63,204 bases of DNA. Origin: Euprymna scolopes. Lineage: Eukaryota. Shown here one piece after another: positions 12,910 to 24,632 of the stretch. The notes below the pieces were generated by a model, which was given only the letters and a program-made list of their open reading frames with translations, did not search any database and was not told where the DNA came from. The translations under genes and the position numbers were made by a program. Where the stretch lies: the NCBI GenBank assembly GCA_053919585.1, contig CM132827.1; one strand, 5' to 3'. How positions within the stretch are numbered: position 1 is the first letter of the stretch; every line of letters starts with the position of its first letter.

Positions 12910-15900
12910 AGAATGTTATTGTGTATATTATATAAGAGCATCGTATTTAAAGTCCAAAAAGAAGTTCTTTGAATCTATCTAACTTTGCTTGGGTTGGGGG
13001 TTTCATCAAAATGTCCGCTAGCATGTCATTTGTAAGACAATAGATAATTTTTATGTCGCCGTTGTTTAGGGCGTCGCTGATGAAGTGGTTTTTTATGTCT
13101 ACATGCTTGCACCTTTGTCGGTGCACAGGGTCCCTGGAAAGTGCTATTGCACTCTGGTTATCTTAGAATATCTTAATTGGTCCGTAATTTTTGCATAGGT
13201 CCACTTCTGTGAGTAGTTGTAGGAGGTACATACCTTCTTGAGTGGTTTTCGCTAATGCCACATACTCAGCTTCGCATGTGGATAATGCTACTGTAGGTTG
13301 TCTTTTTGATTTTCATGAAATGGGTGGGCCGTTTTTTGTCAAACTGACGCAGTACCCAGACATACTGCATCTGTCGCATTGATCTGACGCCCAGTCGGCA
13401 TCGCTGTACGCAGTCAGCTGGAGTTGGTCGTTTGTTTTTGTATAGCATAATTGATATCGCACAGTGCCCTTTATGAATCTCAGTACATGCTTGGCTGCGG
13501 TTCAGTGCTGTTTGCACGGCTTGGATAAATACTGGGATAATTTTCCAACAATATGACTTATATCTGGTCGCGTACAGATCATCAAATAAATTAAGCTACC
13601 GACGACATCATGGTATTTTCTGGGGTCGATTGTGTCGTTGGAGTTATTGTCGGTTAAATCCAACTTCTGCTCACATGGTATTGTCCTAGGCTTACAGTCG
13701 AGCATGTTGAAACTTTCCAGTATTTTTGTCGCATTCCGTTCCTGGCTCATTAATATATATTTTTCGATTATGTTGAAATCTATTCCTAGGAAATGCTGGA
13801 GTTTTCTAAGGTCTTTCATCTCAAATTCGGACATCAGAATCTGCTTTAGTGAATCATTATTATCAGCTGCAATAATTAAATCATCGACCCATGAGATGAC
13901 AATGACTCGTTCTTTACTGCTGTGTCGTATGTAGACGCAATGATCCACTTTATTCTGATTGAAACCATTTTTGGTGAGCCGATTATGTAGGGTTTGGTTC
14001 CAGTTTCTGCCCGATTGTTTTAGGCTGTTTAGGGATTTGTTTAACATACATACTGGTTTCTCACCTGTTTTCCATTTTACTTCAAATCCTTCTGGTTGCT
14101 CCGTGTAAATTTCATGGTCGATAGGGGAAAGAAAATATGCTGTTTTTACGTCCATTTGATGTATAATGAGATCGTATTGGGTAGCCATTTGCATTAATAT
14201 GCAGATTGATGTGATGTCGGCTATCGGTGAGAAAGTCTCTGTATAATCTACTCCTTTGGTTTGATTATAGCCCCTTGCGACGAATCTTGCTTTGTATTTT
14301 GGAGTTCCGTCAGGGTTTTCTTTAATTTTGTATACCCATCTGCCACTGATTGTTGTTTTTCCTTTAGGTAAAGATATTAGTTCATGCACGTCATTTTCTT
14401 TTAGGAAATTGATTTCCTCCTGCATTGCTTTGATCAAGTGGTATATGCTGCTGGGGAGGTTGTAGCTTCTTTATAGGTGCGTGGTACACCATGTGCGGCT
14501 TTGTCACAGTAATCGACGTTGATTAGTGTGCGACCGCTCTCGTCTTGAACTGTTGTTACATAGTCCTCTAAGTAGCTGTGTATCTTGTGTTTCTGCTCAG
14601 GGTATCTCCGTATATGGATATCCTCTTCCATACCGTTGGGTGGTTCATCAACACAAGATCGTTTTGGGTTTTCTGTCAAACGTCTCTTGAGAAAGTCCCC
14701 ATCATCATCATTTGGTGGGAAAGTTTGAGTGTGTTGTTCACTAGTGCTGTAAACAAACTTTACTCTGTTCATACACTTTTCCGTTTTCTAGGTGGTAGAT
14801 TAGGTATGCTGGGCTGTTTCTGTCATATTTGATAAATAATCCTCTCTGGCATTTTGGGTCAAGTTTTCCTCCTTTTGTGTTAGAGTAGGCATAGCACACT
14901 GAGCCGAAAATGTGCATTTTTGAGAGGTAGGATTTTATGCCGGTTATCTCATAATAAGGAGTCTGTTTTAAGCGGTTGTTGAAGCATCTGTTTCGTATAA
15001 CTGCGGATGTCATAACAGTGTAAGTCCATAAAGTTTTGGGCAAGCCAATTTCTACGATCATGGATCTTGCCACTTCAAAAAATGTTCGCCGATTTCTTTT
15101 GGCCGTTCCATTCTGATGAGGTGAGTACGGCGCCGAAGTTTCATTTTTGCGGAGTAGCTTCTGGAAGTCATTTGATTTGAACTCTCAGCCATTGTCTGAT
15201 CTTAATATTTTTATTTTGCCGTAGGGGGAAATGTCTGCAATGAATCTCTCGACAGCGAGTGTAGTGTTGCTTTTATTTTTAATGAAATATACGAATACGG
15301 CGCCAGAAAAATCATCGGTGAACGAGACAGCATAGCAGTTCCCACTTAAATCTGCCGGGTCTATTGGGCCGGCTATGTCTGAATGTACTAAGTATAGTAT
15401 ACTGGTTGCCCATTCATCAGGTTGTTTATTTCTGCTTTGGGGGAATTTCCCTTGAAGGCAGATGTTACAGGTTCTGTTGCTGTAGTTTTTATTTTGTATT
15501 TTCATTCCATTAACTACAGCGGGTAGTTTCGCTACATCGTCGTAGTTACAGTGGCCGAGTATTCTGTGTCACGTGTGGACGTCGTAGTATTGATGGCAGC
15601 TGTCTTCAGCACTTTCATCCTCTACAGCCATGAGATAATATAATCTTTTGTGTACATGTATTTCAAATTTGGTCCCGTTTTTGTGAATTAGTTCGTTTTC
15701 ATTTTCTTTGAAGATGACCGTGACTCCATTTTTAGTGGCAGTTTTCACAGAGAAAATATCTTGTGGATAGGTGGATATCAGTAACGCCATTTTCAGGGTT
15801 ACTGTGACGCTGTCTCCATTTTCGTCTAGTGGACGTATTTTGGCGTCTCTTCTTTTTAATGCTATACCACTGGTTTTCATTCCATCCGCTAATTCCATGT

Positions 15901-16540
15901 AATGGTTTCCTTGGTTGGAATGTAGCGTCAAAGTTTTTGAATTTCTTTTCATCTATAATAATGTGGGAAGTTGCTCTTCGAAGCTGTGAAGCTCGGTTTT
16001 AAATATAGAGAATGCCAGTTCTTTGTTTCTGTGGGTTATGTAGATAGAAAAAGGGTCGAACTGGCTTGGTAATCCCTTTAATATCATTGCGATGATTAAA
16101 GCGTCATATATTGTTTATCCAGCATTTCTGAGGGCTGTTAAAACCGTTTCTGTTCTTATAATGTAGTCCATAATGCTTTCGCCAGTTTGCTTTTTAAGGG
16201 ATGTCAGTTGGCTATATAAAGAAATAACTCTCGGTTTTCCTTTTCCCGCGTAGTGTTTGTGTAATATTCCTAGGTCTTTTCTTCCATTATCGGCGGCTTC
16301 TCTCATTATCAGAGATAGGCTTTTATCATCCAGGAACTGTACAAGCTCCGCATAGGCTTCTTCGTTTCTCTCATCATCGTGTCCGTCTCTAACGGGATTT
16401 ATGCCTAAAATGACGTCTTTCAGGCCAAGCGTGTGTAGATGGCTTAAGAACTTAATTTCCCAAATTTCATATTTGGTTTCGTCCCTGTCGAATAGTAACC
16501 TGCTCCATCGGTTTCCATTATTACTCCTGGGCCCATAACC
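12910..16540 (-). pseudogene. Copia gag-pol polyprotein pseudogene with multiple stops and frameshifts
   Basis: ORF fragments: gag (RLLFDRDETKYEIWE), protease C-part, integrase (LVHSDIAGP, KILRSDNG), GKLDPK, RT (KYKARFVARG, QMDVKTA, WVDDL), RNase H region at about 12950-13450. Confidence 0.93.
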
Positions 16541-16710
16541 TGTTGAGTGGTGCATTTTAGGTGGAATTAAGATAGGAAATGGGTTAAGATTCAAAGGAGG
16601 AAATATAAACACGTGTGGACGGATAGAGAGAAGAAAATTTATTATAGGGCAAAAAGGGATTGTGGGATTTTTACAATAAAGGGGAGACAATCACAGGAAG
16701 AGTTCCAACA
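16541..16710 (-). repeat. Copia 5' LTR
   Basis: Followed on the minus strand by the PBS at 16527-16540. Confidence 0.95.
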
Positions 16711-17405
16711 TGGTGGTAGCCATGTTTGATTCTTTAAATCTCCTATTGAAATCAAACCCAGAACCAAAGACTCAAGTGGGCTCTGTTGCACCCCGTGGGA
16801 GAAGTTTGGATATCGATTCGTGCCATGTAAAGGGTGTTGTCCGTGTTGAGAGATGAAAAAGAAAAGAGAAAGTCAGAGTACATTTAACCTTTTTATTAAA
16901 ATTTGTCAAATGAGAGCATAATTATTAATGGAAAAAAAATTGTGAAATCACTGTTATTCTTACTAAAAAAAAAAAACTAAAAGAAAAAAGTTGACAAGGG
17001 AGATAATTAAGTTCGGTTGCTTATGTCACGTAATGAACGTTATTCAAAATGTTAGACAAGCTTTATCTAAATTTTATCGAAAACTGGTTTTCATTAATAA
17101 TTATTTTTCTACCTTATTGTTTTCCGTAATTTTTGGATATGTTACTATTGGCGACATGTCAATTTCGTAGGTAGAATTTGTTTCTCTTGAAATTTTTTTT
17201 TCATTATCATTATGATTATTAGAATAATAGGAGCACCAAAAATACCATTCATCCATGTTACGTTGGTTTCAGTGTCCTAAATTCTCATGAAAATAATAAA
17301 CGAATCATTTAGTAACACAGACTTATTCCCCTCAGACCAATGACGAGTTCGAAGGTTCGAAAAACTTCATTTCCGCACGTACAAATACAAACAAAGCCTA
17401 AACTA

Positions 17406-17696
17406 ACCGGAAGTGGAAGAAGTGATTTTTAAGATACAGTCGACAGATCGATTTTTTTGGCACTTCTACAGAATTGAGACGAGATTTTGTGCTTGATATT
17501 TGGAGTTTTCAGATTAAAAAAAAAAAAAAAACCAATGGTTTCAACTGATTTCTTTTTCTCTTTTTTTTTTTTTGTCAATTCTAATAAGTTACAATGGTAG
17601 CTCCCAAATTATGCAGTCTAGATTACCTGAATATTACTGAATTATCAAACAAAAGAACTTTAATTGTGTTAGCAGGTGAAAATTGCCGCCATCTTG
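17406..17696. promoter_or_regulatory. candidate promoter motifs (ETS and YY1 consensus sites)
   Basis: ACCGGAAGTG at 17406-17415 and GCCGCCATCTTG at 17685-17696. Motif match only. Confidence 0.25.
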
Positions 17697-18369
17697 TTTA
17701 ACTCAAAACAGAAATCTACCTCCCTTTTAAACTCTCCCGTGTCTTATGATCGTTTTCATCAAATTCTTTTTTTTTCTTTAATAAATACTTTTCTACCTCA
17801 TCAATTTTCGTAATTTTGGGATATAATCATCTTTAAAAATACGGGGGATGCGATGCGTGCGTAGATATCATTGTTTTCATGTGAAATACAGTATTACAAT
17901 TTGCGAAAGTTCGTCCTGAAGCGGCGATTTTTTTTTAATAATATGGTGTTTTAACCAAAGAACAATAATACGTACTTAATTGTTATGCTGAAAATAGTTA
18001 TATATCGAACAATTACGAAAAATTACCGACTAGAAATTTATTTATAGTTAAAAGTAATTTTTATGGAAAATTGGGTAAAATCACGGCCACCGAGAGTAAG
18101 AAGAAGGCATGTTAACTGAAAAATGTCCGCAGGCAATGTAGATAAGATTTGTCAGACTGTCAGTACTACATGAGGGCCATTTGAAAAAGAGCAATAAAAC
18201 ATTTTTAAAAAGAAAAAGGAACACAGTTCGATTAATACTTAAACTGAACTTTATTCAATATAGAATATAAACATTATCTATATAAAATTAAGTAATTTTA
18301 AAGCAATATACAATTTAATACAGATAAAACTGAATTATAAATTTAGGGAACAAACAAAGAAACATTTTT

Positions 18370-18725
18370 CTTGGTCTTCGGGACAAGATCACAGTGTATC
18401 TGTTCTTCAGATGCTCCAATTCAATTTCTTGTTCTCTGTCACTGGAGGAGAAATCCTTCACGATTGAGACAATTATTTTTGTTCCTTTTCTCCACGTTAA
18501 AAAACCACCCTGGTGTCTAACTCTGTCCCGTGGGGAGGCATTGTAAATAGGAACATTAAATAAATATTTTTTGGCCTTCGGAACAAGATCAGTTTAGTAT
18601 CTGTTTTGATGCTACACTTTACCTTTTCTGTCTTCGGTCGGTGGAGGAGAAATCTTTCATGACTGAGATTATTTTTGTTCCTGTCCAGAGTGCCCCTTAT
18701 TGGGAAGCTAGATTTTCTCCACAAG
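18370..18725 (+). repeat. two diverged tandem copies of the ~187-200-bp repeat family
   Basis: TTGG.CTTCGG.ACAAGATCA...TATCTGTT..GATGCT...GTGGAGGAGAAATC.TTCA.GA.TGAGA; also at 57508-57680 and, inverted, at 58695-59255. Confidence 0.8.
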
Positions 18726-18849
18726 ATTATATGTTGAAATATTTAAATAACTATTACTTTAAATAAAGAAATTATATTTAAAATTTTGGTTTTCTGTTCT
18801 TCTATGTCCATTTCCCCCCCCCCATGTTTTTTATCAAAATGTGTAGCAT

Positions 18850-19110
18850 ATTAGTTGTCTCACAAGCCATCATCAATGATTGTTCACTAGCAGTAACCTG
18901 TGGTGTTCCCTGGAGACCAAGTGACAACAAGTCTCCACAGATTTCCAGTGTTCTCCACCTCTTGACCACTTGTGCAGATGATTGCATGTTATCGCAACAG
19001 CCGTTGTCACTGATTTCTCGTTGGCATCGGCCATTGGTGTTTCCTGGGGTTTGGGTGACAAAATGCCTCCCCAAGGTACCAGATTTGAACTGCACACTTC
19101 CAGTGGAAAT
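18850..19110 (-). mobile_element. probable 3' end remnant of an RLE non-LTR element; related copy at about 61300-61498
   Basis: Minus-strand RTLEICGDLLSLGLQ resembles RLE element C-terminus/3' UTR. Similarity to 61340-61470 (GTGGTGTT.CCTGGAGAC.AAGT.ACAA). Confidence 0.4.
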
Positions 19111-19327
19111 TTGGTCAGTACTCTCTCACCTCGGTCTTTCCATCCTCCCTGACCCTTCACAACTAGTTGGTGTGGTGTGGCGCCAGTCGATGTCATCTAC
19201 ACCAGTTTTTTTTTTAATTATTATTACTATTATTATTATTATGATAATAATAAGGGTGCTTGTACAGTGTACGCACGTGTATTTTAAATATTATTTTCAA
19301 GTTAAATTAAATTTTAGGTTTGTATTA

Positions 19328-19601
19328 CTGTACACATAGATTCGAAAAAGTTGTCAAAAAACAAATATATCATGAATAAATGTTATCAAAGGCAAGATAA
19401 GTTACTCTTCTACCTATCTTGGAAGGTTTTTAGTGGTTTTACTCACTTTAAAACGTGTAATCGCTTCGAAAATCATACAATGTTTATCAACATATTTTAA
19501 AAAGAAAAATGTCGGCATGTTTGTAACTTATCTTGCCTTTGATAACATTTATTTGTTATATATTTGGGTTTTTGACAACTTTTTTTCATCTCTGTGTACA
19601 G
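19328..19601. mobile_element. MITE with TA TSD (Tc1/mariner type)
   Basis: TA|CTGTACACA...TGTGTACAG|TA with ~78-bp inverted arms. Confidence 0.8.
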
Positions 19602-19729
19602 TAAAACAAACTCGTTATGTAGATTATTTACAATTAAAATGTTATAAAAAAACAAAAAATTGAAGTTTTAAATATATTTCAAAGAAATGAATTACGCCCC
19701 GTGCTAAAATTATTGATAATTCACCAATC

Positions 19730-19762
<33 letters not shown>

Positions 19763-19875
19763 ACTGCCGTGAAAAATGCTTACTTTAGAATATTTGAAAA
19801 TACTCAGTGAAAAGTTTTATTTATTATTAAAAGAACGGACTGAAAAATATTATATAAAAATTGGGGGTTGTATTA

Positions 19876-20441
19876 CTGTATACATAGATTCGAAAAAGTT
19901 GTCAAAAACAAATATATAACAAATAAATATTATCAAAGGCAAGCTAAGTTACTTTTCTACCAAACTGGACATATTTTTCGTGTTTTTATTCAATGTAACA
20001 TGTTTATTCAGCTCGAAAAACATACTGTATTTACCGATGTATTGGAAAATTCAAAATGGCGCTCGACTCTCTCTTTAACATGGTAAGTTTGGGAAAAGGT
20101 GCTATAAATATAAAACTAGACAAAATACTGTTAGAAACTCGCTCAATATATATTACCGTGACATAGGTTAACACATATTCAGTGTTTTTTTTAATAGTAT
20201 TTTGTCTAGTTTATTATTTATAACACTTTTTCCCGAACTTACCGTGTTACAGAGAGAGTCGGGCGCCGTTTTGAATTTTCCAATACATCGGTAAACAATG
20301 TATGTTTTTCGAGCTGAATAAACATGTTACATTGAATAAAAACACGAAAAATATATCCAGTTTGGTAGAAAAGTAACTTATCTTGCCTTTGATAACATTT
20401 ATTTGTTATATACTTGTTTTTTGACAACTTTTTCGAATCTA
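19876..20441. mobile_element. long palindromic MITE of the same family (~265-bp arms; right tip missing)
   Basis: 19885-20150 is the reverse complement of about 20175-20441. Mirrored ORFs 19868(+) and 20239(-) reflect this. Confidence 0.88.
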
Positions 20442-21644
20442 ACCCAATAATTGTTTCTTTTGCAGTAAAAAAATAAATAAATAAAATGAAATATTCGACT
20501 TTCTCCAATAAAAATAAAAGTTCAAACACGAATTCACTTACGATATTTTGATTAAAATTATCCCAAATGTGCAATTATAATAATTATTTTCCGAATGAAC
20601 AATTGTTCTTTTTCTTTAGAACATACATGGACAATCGGTAACACATATTCGTAGCAATATTTTTTTATGCCTGTTAGCATGACCACGTGGTTGAATACCG
20701 GAAGCTGTCTATACCTACAACTTAAGTAGGAAGTAACGTTACGCTGTCACATCGGCCTTCTTTCTCGGTAGCCATGGTAAAATCGCATTTTTCTTCGATG
20801 ATATAAATTTGGCAATAGGGGGGCTAAATACAGGGGACATTACTCCGAAAGGAATAGTTCAGATAACTTGTGGTATAGCGACAATATTTGTTGCCTATAG
20901 TGATAGATTATTTTTATTATTATTAAAAACAAAATAACAGCTACTCGATGAATTTTCGTAATTTTTGGATGTACTACTATTTTCGACATCACAATTAAGT
21001 ACGTAATATTGTTTTTGCTTAAAATGATATATTTAAAAAAATCGATTTGTCGATTACAGCTTAACACACAACAAGCACCGTAATAGAGTTGAGTAGATAA
21101 AAGGGCGAATAACTCTGTCACCCCCAGAGTTACCCCCCTTGTACCAATAAACCGGTTCATAACTTAAGACTAGTGCAAATGCATTGTGGGTAATGCCATG
21201 GCACATTTCTTAGCATGTTTTCTTATGTCACCATCCTGACATCTGAAATATTCTAGATAACAAAAGAAAAGAATCAGGAAAGATGTAATTGTAAAAAAAA
21301 AAATCTTTTGTTTATTTAATACAATCTTGTTTTTCTTGACCGTAAAATTACGTCATAAAAATGTAAGTATAATTTGCAACTCATTTTTTTTCAGCTCATT
21401 GTTAATCACAGCTCATTTTTTTTTTTTAATTTTTAGAAATTAAATTCAAATTAATTTTTCCCCCTTTTAAATGCATTAATTTTTCAATTTAACACAAACT
21501 AACTAATTTAATTAAATTTCTCTGATTCTTTTATTTTTTTTTTTTTTTGTTGTTTTTTTAATACCGATTTTCGCTTAATAGGGACAAAATTATCTTTATT
21601 TCGGTTTGTTTACAATCCACGGGGGTACGTAAAAAGTCGTAAAA

Positions 21645-22612
21645 AATGCAAATATAAAACAAATAAATGTTTTCAAAGGCAAGATAAGTTAATCTTCCTA
21701 CCTATCTGACAAAGTTTGTAGTGGTTTTACTCACTTTAACACGTTAATTCAGTTTGAAAAGCATAGTGTCGAGAGTTAAGTGAGACCAAGAAAAATGGCC
21801 TCGAATATTTGAAGTCTTCAAAATTACTTAAAAATAAAGTATATACAAAATACTGTAAGAAACCCATTTAATATATGTTACTGTGATATATATTGTGTGG
21901 GTTTCTAACAGTATGAATCAGCAAAATTCCACCCCTTTACAGTGGAGATCCTTAGATTTAAGAAGGCTTCTACTCTAATAATTTCTTCTCCAGAACTGCT
22001 AGACTTTTGAATTTCCTTCTGTGTTCCTATTTTCCCAACTGTTCTGATGTGCAGAAGTTCAAGTGTAATGTAAACAGACATCTTGCTGCTCAACTCCCTA
22101 CATAATAACCCTGCAACTTATGTCCCCGATAGTAGCCCCCTACATCAAAGTGGCACTGTGTCTTGTTTGGGGTGAAAATGGAATTAAAAGAAAAATGTAT
22201 ATATTTTTGGTACTAGTGCAGAGAGTGATCCGGACGTAAATACTAACGTTATTATTTCAAAAGCCATTCTTAACATGGGGAGGCTGTTTGTATCTATTCT
22301 ATACTTCAACCTTACAATTGAATAAAAAAACATATCAGAAAACTTTAATTAAACTTGGAAATACGATTTAAAAAATAACGCGGATCACTCTCTGCATTAG
22401 CACCATATTTTTTTCAAGTCATTTTCAAGACTTTAAATATTTAGGTGTCAATCCGAGGCCATTTTTCTTGTTCTCACGTAATGCTCGACACTATATGTTT
22501 TTCGAACTGAATAAACGTTTTAGAGTGAGTAAAACTGCTAAAATCGTTTCCAGATAGGTAGAAAAGTAATTTATATTGCCTTTGATAACATTTATTTGTT
22601 ATATATTTGTTC
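21645..22612. mobile_element. older copy of the same palindromic MITE family with internal insertions
   Basis: 21645-21835 is inverted relative to 22413-22612 and shares CAAAGGCAAGATAAGTTA. Confidence 0.75.
22209..22404. mobile_element. Merlin-like MITE, 196 bp
   Basis: 24-bp TIRs GGTACTAGTGCAGAGAGTGATCCG / CGGATCACTCTCTGCATTAGCACC and perfect 8-bp TSD ATATTTTT. Confidence 0.8.
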
Positions 22613-22763
22613 TTGGCTATCTTTCCTGTACCTCTGTGGATTGTAAGGCAAAACCCGTTAGTTGAATCCTGGACTTTTAACACCCAATGCACACTGCTCG
22701 AAATGTAATTATATATTTGGAAAGTTCAATTATTTTAATATATTTTGAAACGAATCAATTATT

Positions 22764-23114
22764 CAATCTCTGGTCCCCCCTCGCCAATCTTTCACAAAAA
22801 ACACCCGTCTAGCTGAATCCACTGTTAAAAATTTCCCCCACTCTTTATCTGTGCCTAAATCAAAATGTGGATTCCATGAATAAAGCTTCTTTCTTAGAAC
22901 TGCACGCCTGTGGAACTCTGTTCCGTCTGCCTGCTTCCCACTTGACTACAACTTGGATGTCTTCAAGTCCAACGTTAACAAATTCCTAATGAACCGCCCC
23001 CTTAAGTAAACACTTCATCAAATCTCCACACTAACGTACTGTACTTGCAATAACCCTTATCCCTGAGTGGCTTCCGGGCCTTGATAAGTGGTGACCACCG
23101 TGTAAAAAAAAAAA
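22764..23114 (+). mobile_element. 5'-truncated CR1/L2-group LINE 3' end with A tail
   Basis: Nearly identical to 55437-55790 (RTARLWNS..SACFP.DYNLDVFKS). Confidence 0.88.
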
Positions 23115-23444
23115 TTCAGATATTATTAATTCGATTATTTTACTTTATTGATTTTATGAAAATTGTTAGTGCCATCCCAAACTTTTCTCGTTCTCCAAAA
23201 GTAAATAAATAACACAAAACGTTTTATCAGGAAACTTGGAAAGGTAATTTTAAAATTATTTGAACACAGATCATATTTCTGAAGATATAAATTAACAATT
23301 CAAACGATTTGCGACAACAAATATTTGAACACACTGCGAAAATTGTAGGAAAGAGAGAATAAATCTTGATGCTTTTTCCGCTGAAACAAAACATGCTAGC
23401 TAACCCTCGCTCAAGAATATAGTGGCTCAAAAAGGTAACATTTT

Positions 23445-24165
23445 GGTACTTCTACAGTTTATCACCGAAAGTGGAGACGCCAGTTTTTGGGGACCTGTCG
23501 TCAAAATCAGAGGGAGAAATCAGTATTTTAAATTATTAATTTGTTGTTGACCCTTCAATGTTGCTTTCATTCGAAAAATGTTTCATTAAAATTATTTATT
23601 TGTTTGAAAAAAAATTGATTTTATAAATATCCAATGTGTCTTTAATTCAAAAATTGTTTTATTGAAATTATATTTTCTTACGTAGACTTTTCAACAAATG
23701 TCCTTACAATTATATTTTGATAAATTTTTATACAATAAATGTTTTGGTTTTCAAATGGCACTTGCCTGAATACGGCAGAAGTCCCAAAATATGTGTTTTT
23801 TCCTGTTATCAAGATTTATTTCTAAACAAAGAAAAAACATCCAGTTAAACGATTATCAATATGTACTTTTCATTTTCTGTTTTTAATAATAAAAATATAT
23901 ATATACATTTCATGAAAAACTTTCCCGTTTTCATTAATTAAATCGAATTATGGATATATGTTCTCTTTAACTTTCTTTATTTACTTTTTTTCATAGTTCT
24001 CTCCAGAAGTAGTTAATATCTAATCTAATTTTTTGTTATTTATTTCATATTTCAGTCATAGTTTAAAATATTGATTTCTCCCTCTGATTCTAATGACAGA
24101 TGCCCTCCCCCCGCCCAATGGTGTCTCCATTTTCAGCAATAAACTGTAGTAGTAGTAGTAGTACC
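23445..24165. mobile_element. Merlin-like MITE, 721 bp
   Basis: GGTACT...AGTACC ends, ~90-bp imperfect TIRs, 8-bp TSD AACATTTT / ATCATTTT. Confidence 0.75.
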
Positions 24166-24632
24166 ATCATTTTTTTTATATTAAAAACAAGTTTAGATCA
24201 AATTCCCTGTTTTTGTTCTTTATTGTTTTTGTATTTGTAACTTGGTAGGCCAAATAAATATTTACAATAAAAAGTTGATTCTTTTAATACGCATTTTAGT
24301 TTATTTCGAACAAATATTACATTTAAAATTGTCCCTGGCATGTAGTTCTTATAATATTAAGCTACAGGCCCAATTCCTTTCATACATGCCTCTCAATTTA
24401 AATAATAACAGCCTTGGAGATACTTATGTCCAACCCGTTAATTCAGATCGACTAATCTGCTCCTCAATTCTCAGTAACATCTATGTTCAACCATCAATGT
24501 TAGTGAAGCCAGTTAACAGACACAAATGTCAACCATTCTTGTTTTGTTAGCAGCTAAAGCAGCTCTGTTTCATTACACTGCAATATACCTGTTATTGTTT
24601 GAGCTCCACTGATTTATTTAATGCAAAATACA

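Larger units (their letters stand above)
12725..16710 (-). mobile_element. Ty1/Copia LTR retrotransposon, both ends intact but coding-defective (3986 bp)
   Basis: 170-bp LTRs at 12725-12894 and 16541-16710 (TG...CA, 7 mismatches), TSD TGGTG, PBS GGTTATGGGCCCAG, PPT AAGAGCAAGTGGGGG, domain order gag-PR-INT-RT-RH. Confidence 0.97.

Noticed and set aside
16115-16690. ORF-track gag start inside the LTR
   Set aside because: The N-terminal ~50 codons are LTR read-through; gag similarity begins around the PBS.
21130-21630. MITE with TACCCCC...GGGGGTA ends
   Set aside because: The inverted match is short and gapped, with no supporting full second copy.
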